Assembly: GCA_002254565.1 (NCBI GenBank)
Contig: NJEG01000015.1
Location: 4,726 to 68,725, forward strand
Origin: Candidatus Altiarchaeales archaeon ex4484_2
Lineage (GTDB): Archaea; Altiarchaeota; Altiarchaeia; IMC4; QMZM01
Direction: 5' to 3'
Length of the DNA stretch: 64,000 nt
A program made the translations under genes and the position numbers. Shown here one piece after another: positions 25,916 to 39,681 of the stretch. The notes under the pieces were generated by a model. That model was not told the DNA's origin. It did not search any database and was given only the letters and a program-made list of their open reading frames with translations. Within the stretch, counting starts at the first letter, position 1; each line of letters starts with the position of its first letter.

Positions 25916-27052
25916 ATGGCAAAAGCACCAGTGGATACTATCAAATACAACATCTATGCAAATATTATAATAGACGGTGTGGTTGAGAAACCAGACGTTG
26001 TGGGAGCGATATTCGGACAGTCCGAGGGACTTTTAGGAGAGGATTTGGAGCTGAGAGAGCTGCAGAAGACGGGAAGAATAGGTAGAATCGAGGTTGACAT
26101 AGAAACCAAATCCGGGAAATCAAAGGGCGAAATCATCATACCCTCCGGCCTGGGTATGGTAAAGACAGCTATTGTAGGAGCAGCTATAGAAAATGTGAAC
26201 CGGGTCGGACCCTGCAACGCCAATATAAAGATAAAAAACATAGAGGATGCCAGAAGCGTTAAGAGAAAGAAGGTCGTGGATAGGGCTAAAAACCTCCTAA
26301 AAAAAATCATGGACGAAAGTGTTCCTGACACAGAAAAGATTACGGAAGAGGTTAGAAAATCCGTCCAGCTGGCGGGCATAACAGAATACGAGGGTCTACC
26401 AGCAGGTCCGGGAGTGGATGAAGCAGATAGTGTGATTCTAGTGGAAGGCAGAGCTGATGTCCTCAACCTCCTAAGGTTTGGGATCAAGAACGCTGTCGCC
26501 GTGGGAGGCACAAACATACCCCCTGCTGTTGTTAAACTCGCCAAAGAAAAAACCACCATAGCCTTCGCGGACGGGGACAGAGGAGGGGGAATGATACTTA
26601 AGGAACTCTTTCAGGTAGCGGACGTGGACTTCATCGCTGAAGCTCCTAAAGGCAAGGAAGTAGAGGAACTGGGTAAGAAGGAGGTTATAATGGCTTTAAG
26701 GAGGAAGGTCCCGATTAGCCAGATGAACAATAAAAAAGGGGAAACTTATGAAAAAAAGAGAGCTGAAGACAGGGACAGGAGAAATGAATTAATGGATTTC
26801 CTCAAGGAGGTGAAGGGAAAACTCAGTGCCAGACTCTACGACAAAGACCTGGAGCTTATCACAGAGATGGAGATAAAAGACCTTATTGATTCACTGGCTG
26901 ATGTACAACCCTATGCAGTAGTATTCGATGGTATAGTAACACAGAGATTGGTGGATGTGGCAGAGGATACTGGAGTGAAATACCTGGTAGGCGTTAACCG
27001 TTCATCCATATCCAACATCAAGAAAGCCAGAATCCTGACAGAGAAGAAATAA
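25916..27052 (+). CDS. dnaG: archaeal DnaG (TOPRIM) primase-like / exosome-associated protein
   Basis: N-terminus GVVEKPDVVGAIFGQSEGLLG and a TOPRIM core (VILVEGRADVLNL, FADGDRGG). Confidence 0.85.
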   Translation: MAKAPVDTIKYNIYANIIIDGVVEKPDVVGAIFGQSEGLLGEDLELRELQKTGRIGRIEVDIETKSGKSKGEIIIPSGLGMVKTAIVGAAIENVNRVGPCNANIKIKNIEDARSVKRKKVVDRAKNLLKKIMDESVPDTEKITEEVRKSVQLAGITEYEGLPAGPGVDEADSVILVEGRADVLNLLRFGIKNAVAVGGTNIPPAVVKLAKEKTTIAFADGDRGGGMILKELFQVADVDFIAEAPKGKEVEELGKKEVIMALRRKVPISQMNNKKGETYEKKRAEDRDRRNELMDFLKEVKGKLSARLYDKDLELITEMEIKDLIDSLADVQPYAVVFDGIVTQRLVDVAEDTGVKYLVGVNRSSISNIKKARILTEKK

Positions 27053-27107
27053 TTCTTCTCCTATCTTATTTTTATGGGGTGAATAGGAATATTTTTAGTT
27101 AAGGGTA

Positions 27108-27115
27108 TTTATAAA
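27108..27115 (+). promoter_or_regulatory. candidate TATA box (TTTATAAA) upstream of rpoH
   Basis: An AT-rich box ~50 nt upstream of the rpoH start. Position-only inference. Confidence 0.3.
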
Positions 27116-27161
27116 GAGAAAATACTAGGTTTTAATTCACACTTTTTCTAGAGGCGATAAA

Positions 27162-27383
27162 TTGGATAATGAGTTAGTCCCAAAACATGAGATATTAGAT
27201 GAGAAGGAAGTTGAGAAGTTGCTTCAGTTGTACAATGTAACACCCCGACAACTGCCAAAGATAAAGGAAGGCGATCCAGGAATCATGGGATTGGATGCGA
27301 AAATTGGGGATATAATCAAGATAACCAGGAATGAACTAGTAGTAGGTAGAAACATTTACTACCGCGTTGTTGTGAGAGATTAA
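27162..27383 (+). CDS. rpoH: DNA-directed RNA polymerase subunit H (Rpo5)
   Basis: VPKHEIL...QLPKI...DP...GDIIKITR...YYRVV. Apparent TTG start. Confidence 0.85.
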   Translation: MDNELVPKHEILDEKEVEKLLQLYNVTPRQLPKIKEGDPGIMGLDAKIGDIIKITRNELVVGRNIYYRVVVRD

Positions 27384-27407
27384 GATCGTGTAAATAGAAA
27401 AAAAAAA

Positions 27408-30400
27408 ATCGAGCTGGATATTGAAGACTACACCCTGGAACTTGGTAAAATAAGAATCAAGAAACCTGTTGTCAACGAGGCCGGCCAGGGACCGGAGACA
27501 AGGCTTCCATGGGAATGCCATGTTAGAAACCTGACCTATTCAGCCCCCATAATTCTGGAATTCATCGAAAAAGGCACCCCCGTCGAGGTGGAAATCGGTC
27601 ATCTGCCGATAATGCTACGCTCCAAGGCATGTTTACTGGCCGATATGAGCGACGAAGAGCTTATTAAGGCAGGGGAAGACCCCCTTGATTTAGGTGGATA
27701 CTTCATCATCAACGGAACAGAGAGGTCCCTGATTATTGTAGAGGATTTAGCTCCCAACAGGATAGTAACCACCAGAGAGGTGGTTTCAGGCAAAGATTGT
27801 ATAATCGGAAAGGTCTTCTCCCTAAGACAGGGATTCAGATCAAGGATTACTGTGGAGAAGTGGCCTGGGAAGAAAAACGGCACCCTCTTTGCCACACTCC
27901 CTGGAATACCCAAGAGGTTACCCCTGACTGTCCTGATGAAAGCCCTTGGGTTAACCAATGAAGAGATACTTGATATGTTCCACAAGGAAGACCAGCTTGA
28001 AATACTGCTCAACCTGGAACTCAATGATATGACAGAAGAGGAAGCCTTCGAATACTTCGGCAAGAGAGCTGGAGCTGGACACGCTAAACAATACCAGCCG
28101 ACGAGGGCTATGCAGGTAATCAACAACTTCCTCCTGCCACATATAGGAAACGACGGGGAAGACTGGAGAACCAAGGCCATATACCTTGGAATAATGGCCA
28201 GGAAAGTGCTTGAACTGGCTTCTGATAAAAGAGAGTCAGACGACAAAGACCACTACTCAAACAAGAGATTACGGCTTGCCGGGGATCTGATGCAAGAACT
28301 TTTCAGAGTAAGCTTTAACAAGATAGCCAGGGACATTAAATACCAGCTGGAGAAACAGAACGCCAGAAACAGGGTGGTTAACGTAAAAACCGCCGTGAGG
28401 AGCTATAATCTAACTGAAAGCATATGTTATGCACTGGCTACCGGAAACTGGACTGGAGGCAGGAACGGTGTAAGCCAGGTCCTGAATAGAACAAACTATC
28501 TCTCGTCGATAGCGCACAAGAGAAGAGTATCCTCCCTTTTAAGCAGGAGCCACCCCCATTTCGAGGCCAGAGACCTGCATGCTACCCAGTGGGGGCGGCT
28601 TTGTCCAAACGAGACCCCTGAGGGGCAAAACTGTGGATTAGTGAAGAATCTGGCTATATGCGCTCACATAACAACAGGTATAAAAGAGGAAAGTATAGAG
28701 AAATACCTCCAGGAGTTTGGAATCCAGAAGGGCATTGCTAAAGCCGAAACATATGTGAACCTCAACGGCAGGTTGCTTGGAGGACACTCCAACCCCAAGA
28801 AACTGGTGGAGAAACTGAGAAACCTCAGGAGAGAGGGAAAGATTCCAGCTACCGTATCCCTCACGTACAGGAAAGAGAACTCGGAGATACAGGTCTACAC
28901 CGACAGGGGCAGAGTTCTCAGACCCCTGATTGTGGTGGAAGACGGTAAATCCAAACTGACAGACGAACACATTAAGGGGTTGGAGGAAGGAAAAATAAAA
29001 TTCAAGGATCTGTTGAAGGAAGGCGTGGTTGAATACGTTGACGCGGAAGAAGAGGAAAACGCCTACATAGCCATGGACGAGAAAAGCCTGACTAAAGATC
29101 ACACACACAGGGAGATAAGCCCTTCCATAATCTTGGGTGTTCCTTCAAGCTTTGCACCATATCCAGAGCACAACTCATCCCCTAGGGTTACTATGGCAGC
29201 CTCCATGGCCAAACAGAGCCTGGGGTTGTATTCAGCTAACTACCACATGAGATTCGACAGCAGAGGGAATGTCCTCAACTACCCGCAGGTTCCGTTGGTG
29301 AAGACGGATATAACAGACAGCATCAAATTCGAGAAAAGACCTGCCGGGCAGAATTTAGTCGTGGCAGTGATGAGTTTTGAAGGCTACAACATGGAGGACG
29401 CAATAATCATCAACAAGAGCTCTATAGACAGGGGTCTTGGAAGATCAACATTCTATAGGACATACATGGCCGAAGAAAGGGGTTACCCAAGCGGTCAATA
29501 CGATAAATTCGAGATACCTGATGAAAAGGTAGAAGGCTACCAGTCAGATGAGACATACCTCAAACTAGGTGAGGAGGGACTGATACTTCCAGAGACTGAT
29601 GTGAAGGCAGATGATGTTTTGATAGGTAAGACCTCACCTCCAAGGTTCCTGGAGGAGATTGGACCATACGGTATAATCGAGGAAAAGAGGAGGGAGAACT
29701 CCACGACAGTGAGGCATATGGAAGCTGGCACAGTTGACCAGGTTGTCTTGACCGAGACTATAGAGAAAAACAAGCTGGTGAAGGTAAGAGTTAGAAGCCA
29801 GAGGATTCCGGAACTGGGGGACAAACTCGCTTCAAGGCACGGGCAGAAGGGTGTTATCGGCCTATTGGTCCCTCACGAGGACATGCCATTCACCAGAGAC
29901 GGGGTTGTGCCTGATCTAATAATAAATCCTCACGCTATACCATCCAGAATGACAGTGGGTCACGTTCTGGAGATGATTGGGGGTAAAGTATCTTCACTTA
30001 ACGGCAGATATACTAACGGTACCGCGTTCAACAATGATGGAGAGGAATACCTTAGAAACGAGCTTAATTCCTTTGGCTTCATGGACAACGGAAAGGAAGT
30101 GTTATATGACGGGTCGACAGGTGAAAGATACCGGGCAGAGATTTTTGTGGGCGTAATTTACTATCAGAAGCTCCATCACCAGGTAGCTAACAAGATACAT
30201 GCAAGAAGTAGGGGACCTGTGCAGATGCTTACCAGACAGCCCACTGAGGGAAGAGCCAGAGAGGGTGGATTAAGGTTTGGTGAAATGGAGAGAGACTGCC
30301 TTATAGGCCACGGTGCCGCCATGTTGCTGAAGGACAGGCTTCTTGATGAATCAGACAAGGTGGTGGTGCATGTATGCTCTAAGTGCGGGCTGATAGCTAT

Positions 30401-30551
30401 AAGAGATGTTGAGAGGAAGCAGATATACTGTCCGATATGCGGCGAGGTCACAACGCATCCCATAGAGATAGCCTATGCCTTCCAGCTTTTGCTTAATGAA
30501 TTGATTGGTATGTGCATTTATCCAAAACTTATCTTAGGTGATAGAGTCTAA
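27408..30551 (+). CDS. rpoB: DNA-directed RNA polymerase subunit B (unsplit), apparently lacking ~45-50 N-terminal codons and a start codon
   Basis: The listed ORF (27588) extends in frame back to 27384 ([20 protein letters not shown]...[10 protein letters not shown]), directly after the rpoH stop and an A11 run. The conserved N-terminal SFN-type helix region is absent. Confidence 0.9.
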   Translation: MELDIEDYTLELGKIRIKKPVVNEAGQGPETRLPWECHVRNLTYSAPIILEFIEKGTPVEVEIGHLPIMLRSKACLLADMSDEELIKAGEDPLDLGGYFIINGTERSLIIVEDLAPNRIVTTREVVSGKDCIIGKVFSLRQGFRSRITVEKWPGKKNGTLFATLPGIPKRLPLTVLMKALGLTNEEILDMFHKEDQLEILLNLELNDMTEEEAFEYFGKRAGAGHAKQYQPTRAMQVINNFLLPHIGNDGEDWRTKAIYLGIMARKVLELASDKRESDDKDHYSNKRLRLAGDLMQELFRVSFNKIARDIKYQLEKQNARNRVVNVKTAVRSYNLTESICYALATGNWTGGRNGVSQVLNRTNYLSSIAHKRRVSSLLSRSHPHFEARDLHATQWGRLCPNETPEGQNCGLVKNLAICAHITTGIKEESIEKYLQEFGIQKGIAKAETYVNLNGRLLGGHSNPKKLVEKLRNLRREGKIPATVSLTYRKENSEIQVYTDRGRVLRPLIVVEDGKSKLTDEHIKGLEEGKIKFKDLLKEGVVEYVDAEEEENAYIAMDEKSLTKDHTHREISPSIILGVPSSFAPYPEHNSSPRVTMAASMAKQSLGLYSANYHMRFDSRGNVLNYPQVPLVKTDITDSIKFEKRPAGQNLVVAVMSFEGYNMEDAIIINKSSIDRGLGRSTFYRTYMAEERGYPSGQYDKFEIPDEKVEGYQSDETYLKLGEEGLILPETDVKADDVLIGKTSPPRFLEEIGPYGIIEEKRRENSTTVRHMEAGTVDQVVLTETIEKNKLVKVRVRSQRIPELGDKLASRHGQKGVIGLLVPHEDMPFTRDGVVPDLIINPHAIPSRMTVGHVLEMIGGKVSSLNGRYTNGTAFNNDGEEYLRNELNSFGFMDNGKEVLYDGSTGERYRAEIFVGVIYYQKLHHQVANKIHARSRGPVQMLTRQPTEGRAREGGLRFGEMERDCLIGHGAAMLLKDRLLDESDKVVVHVCSKCGLIAIRDVERKQIYCPICGEVTTHPIEIAYAFQLLLNELIGMCIYPKLILGDRV

Positions 30552-30552
30552 A

Positions 30553-34159
<3,607 letters not shown>

Positions 34160-34160
<1 letters not shown>

Positions 34161-34465
34161 TGGATGAAATGGCAGATATTAAATCAGAGATTAAGGGCGT
34201 GGTGAAGAAAGGCAGAGTAGTATACGGCTCCAGAAGTGTTGTGTCGGGTTTATTAAATGATAATCCAAAATTAATAATCATAAGCAGTAATTGTCCTTCA
34301 GAGAATAGAGAGGAAATCATATACTACAGCAAACTTTCGAATACACCCTACGAGTCGGTAGATATAGACAGCATAGAGTTAGGTTCCATATGCGGAAAAC
34401 CATTCCCCGTTTCCGTTATGGGAGTAATAGATGCTGGTGAAAGCAATATATTAAATGAAGTATAG
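34160..34465 (+). CDS. rpl30e: ribosomal protein eL30 (L30e)
   Basis: Canonical position after rpoA'', with L7Ae/L30e-fold sequence. Confidence 0.85.
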
Positions 34466-34477
34466 TGAGGAGCAAGT

Positions 34478-34912
34478 GTGGGTAAAATCAGACTAAACAG
34501 TGAAGAGATAAAGTACATAACCCTGTTCGAGACACTCACCGGGGCGATAGTGAAGGACTGCGTGAGCGTTCAGGATATGATGGCATTCCTCATAAAGAAG
34601 GGGGACATGGGGCTGGCTATAGGAAAAAACGGCTCCAACATAGAGAAGGTGAGAGATGCAATAGGTAAAAGTGTCGTTGTGATGGAGTTTTCAGATAATA
34701 CAGAGAACTTTATTAAAAATCTGTTCCACCCGACCCGGATAAAAAAGGTGAGGATAAACGGAGGGGACAACGATAAGATAGTTGACATCGAGGTAAACAA
34801 ACCCGACCGGAAAAAAGTCATAGGCCACAATGGCGTCAGGATAAAAATCGCCAAAAAACTGGCGAAGAGACACTACAACATAAACAATATAAACGTTAAC
34901 ATATCCAGATAA
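34478..34912 (+). CDS. nusA: archaeal NusA-like KH-domain transcription factor
   Basis: Two KH motifs (IGKNGSNIEKV, IGHNGVRIKI), a GTG start, and canonical position. Confidence 0.85.
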   Translation: MGKIRLNSEEIKYITLFETLTGAIVKDCVSVQDMMAFLIKKGDMGLAIGKNGSNIEKVRDAIGKSVVVMEFSDNTENFIKNLFHPTRIKKVRINGGDNDKIVDIEVNKPDRKKVIGHNGVRIKIAKKLAKRHYNINNINVNISR

Positions 34913-34915
34913 ATA

Positions 34916-35344
34916 ATGGCTAAAGGAGAATTCACATCCAAGAAGTTGATGGACAACAGGAAGAAGTTCAAATGGAAGAAAGCAGATTACTCCAGGAGAG
35001 TCCTTAGACTGAAGGAGAAACACGACCCACTTGAGGGCGCTCCACAAGCCAAGGGTATAGTGTTGGAGAAGGTGGGTATTGAAGCAAAACAGCCTAACTC
35101 TGCTATAAGAAAATGCGTCAGAGTGCAGCTCTTAAAAAACGGGAGACAGGTTACCGCCTTCTGCCCGGGAAACAAGGCCATCACCTTCATCGAAGAACAC
35201 GACGAAGTAACTATTGAGGGAATCGGCGGGAGGAAAGGCCGTTCTATGGGGGATATCTCAGGGGTTCGATACAAGGTTATCAAAGTAAATGATCTCTCAC
35301 TTAATGAACTGGTTCGCGGACGTAAAGAGAAACCCAGAAGATAA
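34916..35344 (+). CDS. rps12: ribosomal protein uS12
   Basis: [15 protein letters not shown] motif. Confidence 0.95.
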   Translation: MAKGEFTSKKLMDNRKKFKWKKADYSRRVLRLKEKHDPLEGAPQAKGIVLEKVGIEAKQPNSAIRKCVRVQLLKNGRQVTAFCPGNKAITFIEEHDEVTIEGIGGRKGRSMGDISGVRYKVIKVNDLSLNELVRGRKEKPRR

Positions 35345-35440
35345 GGTAGTTTTTTGGGGGGATATGGCTTCTCCGCATTTTTAAGTCTTAAGTCTATTAA
35401 ATTTACTCTAATAATTTTTATTTACTCAAGTGATGTCAAA

Positions 35441-35830
35441 ATGATGCATGACCTAATAAACGACGCGGTAACTAACATAAGGAACCACGAGAGGGTGGGG
35501 AAGAAAAAATGCGTCCTGAAGCCGGTATCCGGGCTATTGATAAACATACTGAAGATATTTCAGAGGGAAGGTTACGTCGGAGAATTCGAGCTGGAGGAGG
35601 ACGGGAGAGGGAACAACATCAAAATCAAATTAATTCATCGCATAAACAACTGCGGTGTTATAAAGCCAAGGTATCCCATCAAAAAGGATGAGTATATTAA
35701 ATGGGAGCAAAGATATCTCCCGGCCAGAGATTTCGGGATACTTGTTGTCTCAACACCCCAGGGGGTAATGAGTCATACAGAAGCCAAGAAAAACGGGTTA
35801 GGTGGTAGGTTGTTGGCCTATGTTTACTGA
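35441..35830 (+). CDS. rps8: ribosomal protein uS8
   Basis: [15 protein letters not shown]...GRLLAYVY. The start is taken at the internal MM of the listed ORF. Confidence 0.9.
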   Translation: MMHDLINDAVTNIRNHERVGKKKCVLKPVSGLLINILKIFQREGYVGEFELEEDGRGNNIKIKLIHRINNCGVIKPRYPIKKDEYIKWEQRYLPARDFGILVVSTPQGVMSHTEAKKNGLGGRLLAYVY

Positions 35831-35832
35831 AG

Positions 35833-36378
35833 ATGGAGAAAAAACGGGAATTGGAGATTGAGGTGCCTGAAGGCGTTGAGGTAGAGATAGTAGACAATCA
35901 GGTTATAGTGAAAAACGATTCAGGCCAGGTAACCAGAAAATTCTCATCATTCCACGTGGACATGGAGAAAAAAGATAACAGGATTATCTTATCCAGTAAA
36001 GCCAGTAACAAGAGGGTCAAGTCTTTGGTGGGAACAGCAAGAGGCGACTTATCTAACATGATCAAGGGCGTTACCGAGGGTGTGAGCTATAAACTGAAGA
36101 TTCTCTACTCGCACTTTCCCATGAACGTTAAGGTTCAGGGACAAAACGTGATTATAGAAAACTTTATCGGAGAGAAGTATCCCCGAAAGTCAAGGATTCT
36201 TGATGGTGTTAATGTGGAAATCAATGGACAGGATATTACTGTGTCAGGCATAGATAAAGAAAATGTTGCTCAGAGTGCAGCTAATCTGGAGCAGGCTACA
36301 AAGATATCCAAACTAGACCCCCGGGTTTTCCAAGACGGCATATATATTGTGGAGAAAGACGGTAAACAGATATCTTAA
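35833..36378 (+). CDS. rpl6: ribosomal protein uL6
   Basis: Position and sequence (YSHFPMNVKV, two L6 repeats). Confidence 0.9.
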   Translation: MEKKRELEIEVPEGVEVEIVDNQVIVKNDSGQVTRKFSSFHVDMEKKDNRIILSSKASNKRVKSLVGTARGDLSNMIKGVTEGVSYKLKILYSHFPMNVKVQGQNVIIENFIGEKYPRKSRILDGVNVEINGQDITVSGIDKENVAQSAANLEQATKISKLDPRVFQDGIYIVEKDGKQIS

Positions 36379-36379
36379 G

Positions 36380-37060
36380 ATGAGTGTGGAAGAGAATATA
36401 ATAAAGGGCACGGTAGGTGATGTTAAAAAGGAAATCGGGAAACTGGATAGCGTAGACTACGAAGCCCTTATAGAAGCAGAAAAAAAAGGTAAGAACAGGA
36501 AAACACTGATTGAATGGTTTGAACTCAAGAAACAAGAGTCCGGGGAGAAGGTAGAGGAGAAAGCGAAACCAGAGGAGAAAAAAGAGGAACCAGAGAAAAA
36601 AGAGAAAATAAAAAAAGAGATCCCAGTGGAGAAGATTATGTTCCATGAGAGGAAGAAGCTCTCCAAGGATGAAGAGAGGATCTACAGGATAAGGTTTCGG
36701 GAGAAAAAAGCCATTCCAAATTTCATGAGACAGGAGCTCACTAAACGTAAGAGATTGAAGGCTGTGTGGAGAAAGCCTAAAGGTGAGGACTCCAAGCAGG
36801 CTGAGGGGAAGAGAGGTAAGCCCAGAAATCCGGGTATAGGCTACAAGAAAAAGAAGGAAACACGAAGACTTCACCCCTCAGGTTTCTACCCACTCAGGGT
36901 CCACAACGTAGTTGAGCTGGAGATGATAGACCCTGAAAAAGAGGCTGCAATAATAGCAGGCTCCGTTGGCAGGAGAAAAAGAAACGAAATAATAAAAGTC
37001 GCTAACAAGAACAGGATCACTATACTTAACCCGAGAAGAGGGGAGATACAGAAGAAATGA
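36380..37060 (+). CDS. rpl32e: ribosomal protein eL32 with an N-terminal add-on module and a K/E-rich linker
   Basis: C-terminal L32e core (WRKPKGEDSKQ...HPSGFYPLRVHN). The N-terminal [33 protein letters not shown] duplicates the RpoA'' tail. Confidence 0.85.
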   Translation: MSVEENIIKGTVGDVKKEIGKLDSVDYEALIEAEKKGKNRKTLIEWFELKKQESGEKVEEKAKPEEKKEEPEKKEKIKKEIPVEKIMFHERKKLSKDEERIYRIRFREKKAIPNFMRQELTKRKRLKAVWRKPKGEDSKQAEGKRGKPRNPGIGYKKKKETRRLHPSGFYPLRVHNVVELEMIDPEKEAAIIAGSVGRRKRNEIIKVANKNRITILNPRRGEIQKK

Positions 37061-37500
37061 ATCTGAATAGCCAGAAGAGGATGGCAGCGGAACTGCTTGA
37101 TGTAGGTGTTAACAGGGTTAAGATAAACCCTGAAGCAGTGGATGATGTATCAACAGCCATAACCAGAGATGACATCAGGTTTTATATAAACAACAAACTC
37201 ATTACTGCAGAACAAGAGAAAGGCATCAGCAAGAGCAGGCTGAAGCATAAAAACACACAAAAGAAAAAAGGTAAGAGAAAGGGATATGGGCACCGGAGAG
37301 GGACCCGGAATGCTAGAAACAACACTAAAAGGGAGTGGATTAGGAAAATCAGGGCTTTAAGAGATGAGTTAAGGAAGCTTAAAGCAGAGGGTGGAATCAC
37401 CAGGCCTGAATACAGAAAACTTTATTCCCAAGCCAAGGGTAATCTTTTCCATTCAAGAAGACATCTTAGAGAACATATAGAGAGGATGCATAGAAAATAA
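37057..37500 (+). CDS. rpl19e: ribosomal protein eL19
   Basis: QKRMAAELLDVGVNRVKI...GHRRGTRNAR. Confidence 0.9.
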   Translation: MNLNSQKRMAAELLDVGVNRVKINPEAVDDVSTAITRDDIRFYINNKLITAEQEKGISKSRLKHKNTQKKKGKRKGYGHRRGTRNARNNTKREWIRKIRALRDELRKLKAEGGITRPEYRKLYSQAKGNLFHSRRHLREHIERMHRK

Positions 37501-37502
37501 AA

Positions 37503-38018
37503 ATGGCTAGGAAGGTATCTTACGTAGTCCAGTATAAACGGAAGAGGGAGGGGAAAACCGACTACAAGAAAAGATTCTCTCTGCTGAAGTCAAGAAAGCC
37601 CCGGTTGGTCGTAAGAAAATCAAATAAAAACATGAACACTCAAATAGTAGGCTATGCGGTGGATGGAGACAATGTCATAGCCTCTGCTAACTCAAGGGAA
37701 CTTGAGGGATACGGTTGGAAGCTTGCTAAATCCAATATACCCTCAGCCTACCTCACAGGGTATATGTGCGGTAAGAAGGCTATGGTTAAAAAAATAGATT
37801 CCGCTGTGGTTGATTTGGGACTGCAGCCCGTGGTTAAATCATCCAGGTTATTCGCTGCGGTTAGGGGAGCGATTGACGCTGGTTTAGATATTAAAGCAGG
37901 CGATGATATTTTCGAGGACAATAACAGGCTTATGGGAGGACACATAAAAATAGATAAACTAGACATACCTAAAGAGATTGATAAAATCAAAAAGAAAATC
38001 GATAAAAAAATTAAATAA
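37503..38018 (+). CDS. rpl18: ribosomal protein uL18
   Basis: KRKREGKTDYKKR...PRLVVRKSNK. Confidence 0.9.
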   Translation: MARKVSYVVQYKRKREGKTDYKKRFSLLKSRKPRLVVRKSNKNMNTQIVGYAVDGDNVIASANSRELEGYGWKLAKSNIPSAYLTGYMCGKKAMVKKIDSAVVDLGLQPVVKSSRLFAAVRGAIDAGLDIKAGDDIFEDNNRLMGGHIKIDKLDIPKEIDKIKKKIDKKIK

Positions 38019-38020
38019 AA

Positions 38021-38713
38021 ATGTGCACCAGAAAAGAAGATACTGAGGGTGGAAATAGTAGTTTGCCAGACCATCTTAACTCATGGAAACCTAAGACAGA
38101 ACTCGGTCACAAGGTGAAATCTGGTGAAATTACATCCATCCATGAGGTTTTTATGCTCCCCACTCCCATAAAGGAGTTAGGTATAATAGAGACATTGTTC
38201 CATGACCTCGGTGAGGAGGTTATTGAGGTCAGGAGAGTTCAAAGAGTTACTGACTCCGGCAGGAGGATGCGTTACAGGGTTGTTGCTGCCGTAGGAAACA
38301 ACAATGGCTATGTTGGTATCGGTCAGGCAAAGGGTAAGGAAGCCGGACCCACCATAAGGAAGGCCATCATGAAGGCCAAACTGAACATAAAAGAAATCAA
38401 GAGAGGATGCGGTAGCTGGGAATGCGGGTGCGGGGAACCTCACTCTGTCCCCTTCAAGGTTGAAGGTAAATGGGGTAGCGTTAATGTTAAGATTCTTCCA
38501 GCACCAAGAGGAACCGGACAGGTTAGCGGTGATATAGGCAGGAAGGTTCTGTCTCTGGCTGGTGTGAAAGATGCATGGGTTCATACCGAGGGATACACCA
38601 GAACCAACATAAACTTCGCTTACGCCGTAGTCGACGCCTTAAATAACACGAATACAGTCAAGGTTGACAAGGACAGCTCAGAGAAATTAGGTATCAAGAC
38701 AGGCATGGTCTGA
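38021..38713 (+). CDS. rps5: ribosomal protein uS5
   Basis: RVQRVTDSGRRMRYRVVAAVGNNNGYVGIG. Confidence 0.9.
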   Translation: MCTRKEDTEGGNSSLPDHLNSWKPKTELGHKVKSGEITSIHEVFMLPTPIKELGIIETLFHDLGEEVIEVRRVQRVTDSGRRMRYRVVAAVGNNNGYVGIGQAKGKEAGPTIRKAIMKAKLNIKEIKRGCGSWECGCGEPHSVPFKVEGKWGSVNVKILPAPRGTGQVSGDIGRKVLSLAGVKDAWVHTEGYTRTNINFAYAVVDALNNTNTVKVDKDSSEKLGIKTGMV

Positions 38714-38720
38714 ATCCGAA

Positions 38721-39221
38721 ATGGTAAAAAATAAAGAAGATAAAAAGGGTTTGAAGAAAAAAATCGCTGTAGTCCGCGTCAGGGGTAGAATACACATCAG
38801 AGAGGATATTAAATCAACACTAAAGCTTCTTAACCTTAACCGCATAAACCATTGTGTTATTATAGAAGACACACCCCAAAATAGCGGCATGGTAAACAAG
38901 GTAAAGGATTATGTTACGTGGGGGGAAATAGACGTTGAGACACTAACCAAGATGCTTGAGAAAAGAGGGCGGCTTCCCGGCAACAGGAGACTTGATGAGG
39001 GATATATGAAGAAGACAGCCTATAAGTCTATAAAAAAATTTGCTGACGACTTCATGGAATCCAACGCCGATATTAAATCAACAGATATTAAGCCTGTATT
39101 CCGACTCAGACCACCTAAGAAGGGCTACGAGAGATCTGGTGTGAAAAAACCCTTCTCTGTGGGCGGGGCTCTTGGATACAGGAGAGAGGAAATAAACAAT
39201 CTGCTTAAGAGAATGATTTAA
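38721..39221 (+). CDS. rpl30: ribosomal protein uL30
   Basis: Position in the operon and the IAVVRVRG...TLKLLNLNR motif. Confidence 0.85.
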   Translation: MVKNKEDKKGLKKKIAVVRVRGRIHIREDIKSTLKLLNLNRINHCVIIEDTPQNSGMVNKVKDYVTWGEIDVETLTKMLEKRGRLPGNRRLDEGYMKKTAYKSIKKFADDFMESNADIKSTDIKPVFRLRPPKKGYERSGVKKPFSVGGALGYRREEINNLLKRMI

Positions 39222-39677
39222 ATGGCTCATAAAGACCGGAAATACCATAAACACAGGGGCCAGAGGAACCAGGGTTATGGAAGCCCCCATAACCATAGAG
39301 GAGCTGGTAGTAGGGGAGGCAGAGGAAATGCCGGAAGCAAGAAACACAAGTGGTTCTGGTTTTCAAAAAACAAGCCAGGTTATTTCGGGAGACGGGGTTT
39401 TAAGAGACCACAATGTATTGTTTACCAAGACAGGGTGATAAATGTCGGTAACCTGGATAGCAACCTTGAAAGATTAGAAAAAGAGAAGATGGTGGAGTCC
39501 AAGGGGAAGAAATACTATATCAACCTCCAAGAGTTAGGTTTTGATAAACTCCTTGGCTCAGGTAAAGTGAGGAACCAGCTTGTAATCAAGGTGGACAAAT
39601 ACAGTCCCAAGGCTTTGGAGAAGATTGAGGACGCAGGCGGTAAGATAGATTCTCCTGCAGACTCATCTGCGGAATAA
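39222..39677 (+). CDS. rpl15: ribosomal protein uL15
   Basis: HRGAGSRGGRGNAGSKKHKW. Confidence 0.9.
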   Translation: MAHKDRKYHKHRGQRNQGYGSPHNHRGAGSRGGRGNAGSKKHKWFWFSKNKPGYFGRRGFKRPQCIVYQDRVINVGNLDSNLERLEKEKMVESKGKKYYINLQELGFDKLLGSGKVRNQLVIKVDKYSPKALEKIEDAGGKIDSPADSSAE

Positions 39678-39681
39678 TAAA

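Noticed and set aside
27398-27408. The A11 run at the rpoH/rpoB junction acting as a programmed slippage site that could rescue rpoB.
   Set aside because: Only 25 nt separate the rpoH stop from the mid-protein rpoB sequence. The missing ~47 N-terminal codons are therefore not encoded in any frame, and slippage cannot restore them.
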